Positions 24,439 through 27,320 of a DNA stretch of 27,320 nt are shown here, one piece after another. Position 1 is the stretch's first letter, and each line of letters starts with the position of its first letter. The translations under genes were made by a program, and so were the position numbers. Origin of the DNA: a virus (taxonomy: Duplodnaviria > Caudoviricetes); IMG/VR virus record IMGVR_UViG_3300033512_000306, positions 1-27,320 of that record. One strand, given 5' to 3'. The notes under the pieces are model-generated. The model saw only the letters and a program-made list of their open reading frames with translations, did not search any database and was not told where the DNA came from.

Positions 24439-24759
24439 TCATAGTTGGTTAAAAATGATTTCTGTTGTATCAAGAAAGTAAAGTTTACCTGTATCCAGGA
24501 TAAACTTACCAATTCCTGTGATCGTGATAAAGCCTTTACTGTTAATTGAAAAATTCTTCATTAACTTTGAATCAAACCAATATAGAGTTGAAACTCCTGA
24601 AGTACAAGGAAGTTCAGGATTTGAGCTTTCAAACTTCAGGATGTAATTCACATCGTTGTAATAGAACAGATAGGTATTCCCACAAACAGTATTTTCTTCT
24701 GCAAATGTGGGGATTGTAATAAACAGGATCAAAAGAATTGTCAAGAGTATTTTTTTCAT
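24439..24759 (-). CDS. Secreted protein with signal peptide
   Basis: MKKILLTILLILFITIPTFA|EE; GGAGG RBS. Confidence 0.75.
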   Translation of the reverse strand: MKKILLTILLILFITIPTFAEENTVCGNTYLFYYNDVNYILKFESSNPELPCTSGVSTLYWFDSKLMKNFSINSKGFITITGIGKFILDTGKLYFLDTTEIIFNQL

Positions 24760-25001
24760 TTCTTTTCCTCCTTGACTTTGAACAGGGCAATGCAGTCAAT
24801 TGTCCAGGAGAAAATTCCCTTCACTTTATCCCACACTGTCTCATCCCCAACTATTCCTGCAACTACATCAAGCACTACTTTCTTTTTCTCTGTTCCTGTT
24901 CCTGATCCCATCTGCTCTTGCAATTGCTGCATCAATTCTCTTATCAATTTCACTAAGCCGGGTAGTGCGGTAATCACCGCAAGGATGTTCGCTGCTGTCA
25001 T
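24756..25001 (-). CDS. Small amphipathic/holin-like protein
   Basis: Hydrophobic N terminus, GTGTEKKKVV motif; AGGAG RBS; lysis neighbourhood. Confidence 0.55.
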   Translation of the reverse strand: MTAANILAVITALPGLVKLIRELMQQLQEQMGSGTGTEKKKVVLDVVAGIVGDETVWDKVKGIFSWTIDCIALFKVKEEKK

Positions 25002-25095
25002 ATTGCTCTCCTGTAAAATCTCTCCAAATTTTTAATAGATCAATAGTCAGTGTTAATCGTTCTTCCTGTGAAGGTGGGCGATTTTCAAGGCTCAT
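24868..25095 (-). CDS. Possible overlapping hypothetical protein
   Basis: AGGAG RBS 6-7 nt before ATG 25095; overlaps 24756-25001 out of frame by 134 nt. Confidence 0.35.
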   Translation of the reverse strand: MSLENRPPSQEERLTLTIDLLKIWRDFTGEQYDSSEHPCGDYRTTRLSEIDKRIDAAIARADGIRNRNREKESSA

Positions 25096-25282
25096 CTTTT
25101 GCTCCTGTGGACTTATTGGCTTTACGTTCTTTGATTCCCCAATAGATTCCTTGCAACAGTGTTATAACCTTGTCATCTTTAACTGTAGGAGTTAGCCATG
25201 CTGCCCCACGAAGGATTTCAAGGATTGCCCAAATAGTTATTAAATTATCCTTGAGTTGTGCTATTAACCAGTTGTCCATCAT
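25085..25282 (-). CDS. Small holin-like membrane protein
   Basis: GGAGG RBS before ATG-ATG (25282/25279); hydrophobic segment followed by TPTVKDD motif. Confidence 0.55.
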   Translation of the reverse strand: MMDNWLIAQLKDNLITIWAILEILRGAAWLTPTVKDDKVITLLQGIYWGIKERKANKSTGAKDEP

Positions 25283-25460
25283 TTTCCTCCAATTCACTTT
25301 CCTCAACACAAACCATGTGTTCTTTCCTGAAATGCATTATCATACCATCTTTGCATTCATAGTAATGCCAGTTATTTGTTTCTCTTTCGGGAAGATATTT
25401 TCCACTAAATTCATAACTACCCAACATCGTATTTACTATATACTGTTTGAACTCAGGCAT
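25245..25460 (-). CDS. Hypothetical protein
   Basis: AAGGA RBS; operon packing after lysin. Confidence 0.55.
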   Translation of the reverse strand: MPEFKQYIVNTMLGSYEFSGKYLPERETNNWHYYECKDGMIMHFRKEHMVCVEESELEENDGQLVNSTTQG

Positions 25461-25890
25461 TTTGCAATTCCTTTATCATGACATAAAGTTTTATGATTCG
25501 GTTAAGATGTCCATGAACATATTTTTCCTTCGAGCACTGACTGTACCGCACCATTCTAAGGATAAGATATTCCTGCCAGTTTTCAGGATGGAAATTCATC
25601 AACTCATCCATTGAGTTTCCACGCCATTTTTTATTATCCTGAGGATTCACCTTTGCATCAAAAATACAAATATCTAAAGGAAATGGAGCTGTTTCACATC
25701 CTGCTGCAACCCAATATTTTTCATAGTAGATTTCTTTAGCCCTGTTGATCGTCATTCCTATATGAACTTCAGGATTGTATTTACTGGCTAATCCCCAAAT
25801 GGTAAACCCACCTGGATCATCTGGATCATTAGTCATGTTTCCTTCAAGACCAATTACAATTTCAAACGCTTTGTTAAATGAAGATTTCAC
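25453..25890 (-). CDS. Endolysin, glycoside hydrolase family 108
   Basis: FNKAFEIVIGLEGNMTNDPDDPGGFTIWGL, AKEIYYEKYW; GTG start. Confidence 0.85.
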   Translation of the reverse strand: MKSSFNKAFEIVIGLEGNMTNDPDDPGGFTIWGLASKYNPEVHIGMTINRAKEIYYEKYWVAAGCETAPFPLDICIFDAKVNPQDNKKWRGNSMDELMNFHPENWQEYLILRMVRYSQCSKEKYVHGHLNRIIKLYVMIKELQNA

Positions 25891-26291
25891 TCTATATCGT
25901 CCTTCCTGAATCTGCGTGATCGTTCATCAATTTTGGTTTTTAGTTCAGTGATTTTTTCAAGCAGTTCCCCATAAGTAATTTGAGTTCTGTTTGCATGAGC
26001 ATGTCGTTTTTCATCTTGGAGATCAATCTTTGATACCAGCTCGTCAAACCTTTTTTCGAGCATCTCATGCAAAGACTTTCTCTCATCCTTACAATCGATT
26101 CTTTCAGTCCGGCAGAATTTGTAAGGAACAACTTCTTTCATGTGGTCTTGGATATCAACTACCATTTTCTTTTGATCATTCATGTCATTTTTAAGCGTGT
26201 CGATGGCATGTTTACTACCTCCCCACGAAACAGCAGCCGCAATAACTGCGGCGATAATAGTCCAGATGGTTGATACTTCCTGTTGCTCCAT
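25887..26291 (-). CDS. Single-TM coiled-coil protein upstream of lysin (holin/antiholin-like)
   Basis: IWTIIAAVIAAAVSWG TM segment, then coiled coil with CxxxxxxC. Confidence 0.65.
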   Translation of the reverse strand: MEQQEVSTIWTIIAAVIAAAVSWGGSKHAIDTLKNDMNDQKKMVVDIQDHMKEVVPYKFCRTERIDCKDERKSLHEMLEKRFDELVSKIDLQDEKRHAHANRTQITYGELLEKITELKTKIDERSRRFRKDDIE

Positions 26292-26302
26292 TATATTTTG
26301 CC

Positions 26303-26959
26303 TTACATTTCAGGTACATGAAACATAGCTCTTTGCTCAATTTCAGAAACTCTGCAAGGATTCATTTGACATAAGAATTCTTTATATCGCTTAATTCTGC
26401 TTAATACGCTTCTCTCGCATATCCCCAATACGAAGGATATTTCGCTTATTTTCTTACCTTCTTTTTTTAAAATATATGCGTCTAAGCATTTAGGTATATG
26501 AGTTTTTTCACGTGCAGCAACAGCATTCTGAACCATTGAAGCCGGATTTTTTTTACCTTTGTTCCAAGAGGCATGAGCATGAATTCTATTGTGTTCAAGT
26601 AATGTCATTTGTTCTAAATTTGTATAGTGATTATTTCCGACATCACCGTCTTTATGATGTATGATATTCCCTTTATGAATATCCCCAATAAAAGCTGCAT
26701 ACACAATTTTATAAACCGAAACCCTATTTCCACATTCCCCGTTATTTTTATGTAACTCTACGCATTCTCGTCCCTTTGAACGTATGTTTTTCTTTAAACA
26801 AGTACCAGCTCTGAACCTATCAAATGACTTAACAAAAACTCCACATCTTTCCTTATCTGGTTGGGTTTCTGTTCGATCTAAACTTCTTACATCTCCGAAC
26901 TCGCTTACTTCGTATATACCTTCATACCCAACAACAGGCTTCCATTTAATGTCTATCAC
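26303..26959 (-). CDS. NUMOD4-HNH homing endonuclease with C-terminal HTH
   Basis: WKPVVGYEGIYEVSEFGDVRS (NUMOD4); IHHKDGDVGNNHYTNLEQMTLLEHNRIH (HNH); KISEISFVLGICERSV HTH; GTGA overlap. Confidence 0.9.
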   Translation of the reverse strand: MIDIKWKPVVGYEGIYEVSEFGDVRSLDRTETQPDKERCGVFVKSFDRFRAGTCLKKNIRSKGRECVELHKNNGECGNRVSVYKIVYAAFIGDIHKGNIIHHKDGDVGNNHYTNLEQMTLLEHNRIHAHASWNKGKKNPASMVQNAVAAREKTHIPKCLDAYILKKEGKKISEISFVLGICERSVLSRIKRYKEFLCQMNPCRVSEIEQRAMFHVPEM

Positions 26960-27303
26960 GCTGAAACTCCTATTTCATAATTTTTCCTGACAGCAAATTC
27001 AGCTTTTTTCCCATCATTCCAATTCGAAACAGGCCTTAAATATCCAGTTATGCGGGTATAAACTTCGTTCCTTTGGTGAACCTGAGAATCAATCTTGAAA
27101 CATTCATCACATTTACAGACAATCTTTTCATTGTAGTTGTATGCTTCAGGCGGTTGGTAAAGTGCTCCACCATCAATCTTGATCTGGCTTTCACCGATCA
27201 GTTCAACGCTTACATTGACATCTTTATCACAGTCAATACATTTTCCTGCAACTGTGAAGTTTCCATTTTCTTCCAAAAGTTTTACCACAAAATCCAAATT
27301 CAT
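26956..27303 (-). CDS. Stand-alone NrdD-type C-terminal glycyl-radical domain with Zn ribbon
   Basis: CIDC...CKCDEC, then EVYTRITGYLRPVSNWNDGKKAEFAVR; own AAGGAG RBS. Confidence 0.8.
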   Translation of the reverse strand: MNLDFVVKLLEENGNFTVAGKCIDCDKDVNVSVELIGESQIKIDGGALYQPPEAYNYNEKIVCKCDECFKIDSQVHQRNEVYTRITGYLRPVSNWNDGKKAEFAVRKNYEIGVSA

Positions 27304-27320
27304 ACAATACTCCTTTATTG

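Noticed and set aside
24231-24512. ORFs 24231-24512 (-) and 24253-24444 (+)
   Set aside because: Run across the bidirectional terminator and are shadows of the 29-aa gene
26303-26959. Group I intron housing the HNH gene
   Set aside because: HNH overlaps the upstream stop and ends 11 nt before the next gene, leaving no room for a ribozyme core

Overview
AT-rich segment of a large dsDNA bacteriophage (Caudoviricetes-like) genome; no tRNA, rRNA, CRISPR array or IS element was recognised. Positions ~150-24234 (+ strand) are a tightly packed replication/recombination/nucleotide-metabolism module: RNase HI, DnaB/gp41-type helicase interrupted in its P-loop by a 410-aa LAGLIDADG intein, a very acidic low-complexity protein, beta-type sliding clamp, family A DNA polymerase with an N-terminal UDG-like domain, N6-adenine methyltransferase, DnaX-like clamp loader, UvsY-like mediator, gp32-like SSB, RecA/UvsX, 5'-3' flap exonuclease, Holliday-junction resolvase, an SbcC/Rad50 split into two genes with SbcD/Mre11 nested between them, two HU-like proteins, a ThyX-like enzyme and a secreted transglycosylase. 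This arm converges at a bidirectional terminator (~24263-24305) with a minus-strand block (stand-alone NrdD glycyl-radical domain, NUMOD4-HNH endonuclease, GH108 lysin and small membrane/holin-like genes). Most notable: split Rad50 architecture, an HNH cassette that appears to have replaced the 3' end of the nrdD-like gene, a duplicated 44-bp promoter/operator, structured GCGAAGC-hairpin DNA upstream of RNase H, shared basic N-terminal tags alongside two long acidic scaffolds, and two small ORFs missed by the ORF track. All family calls are from motif recognition by eye, not database searches.
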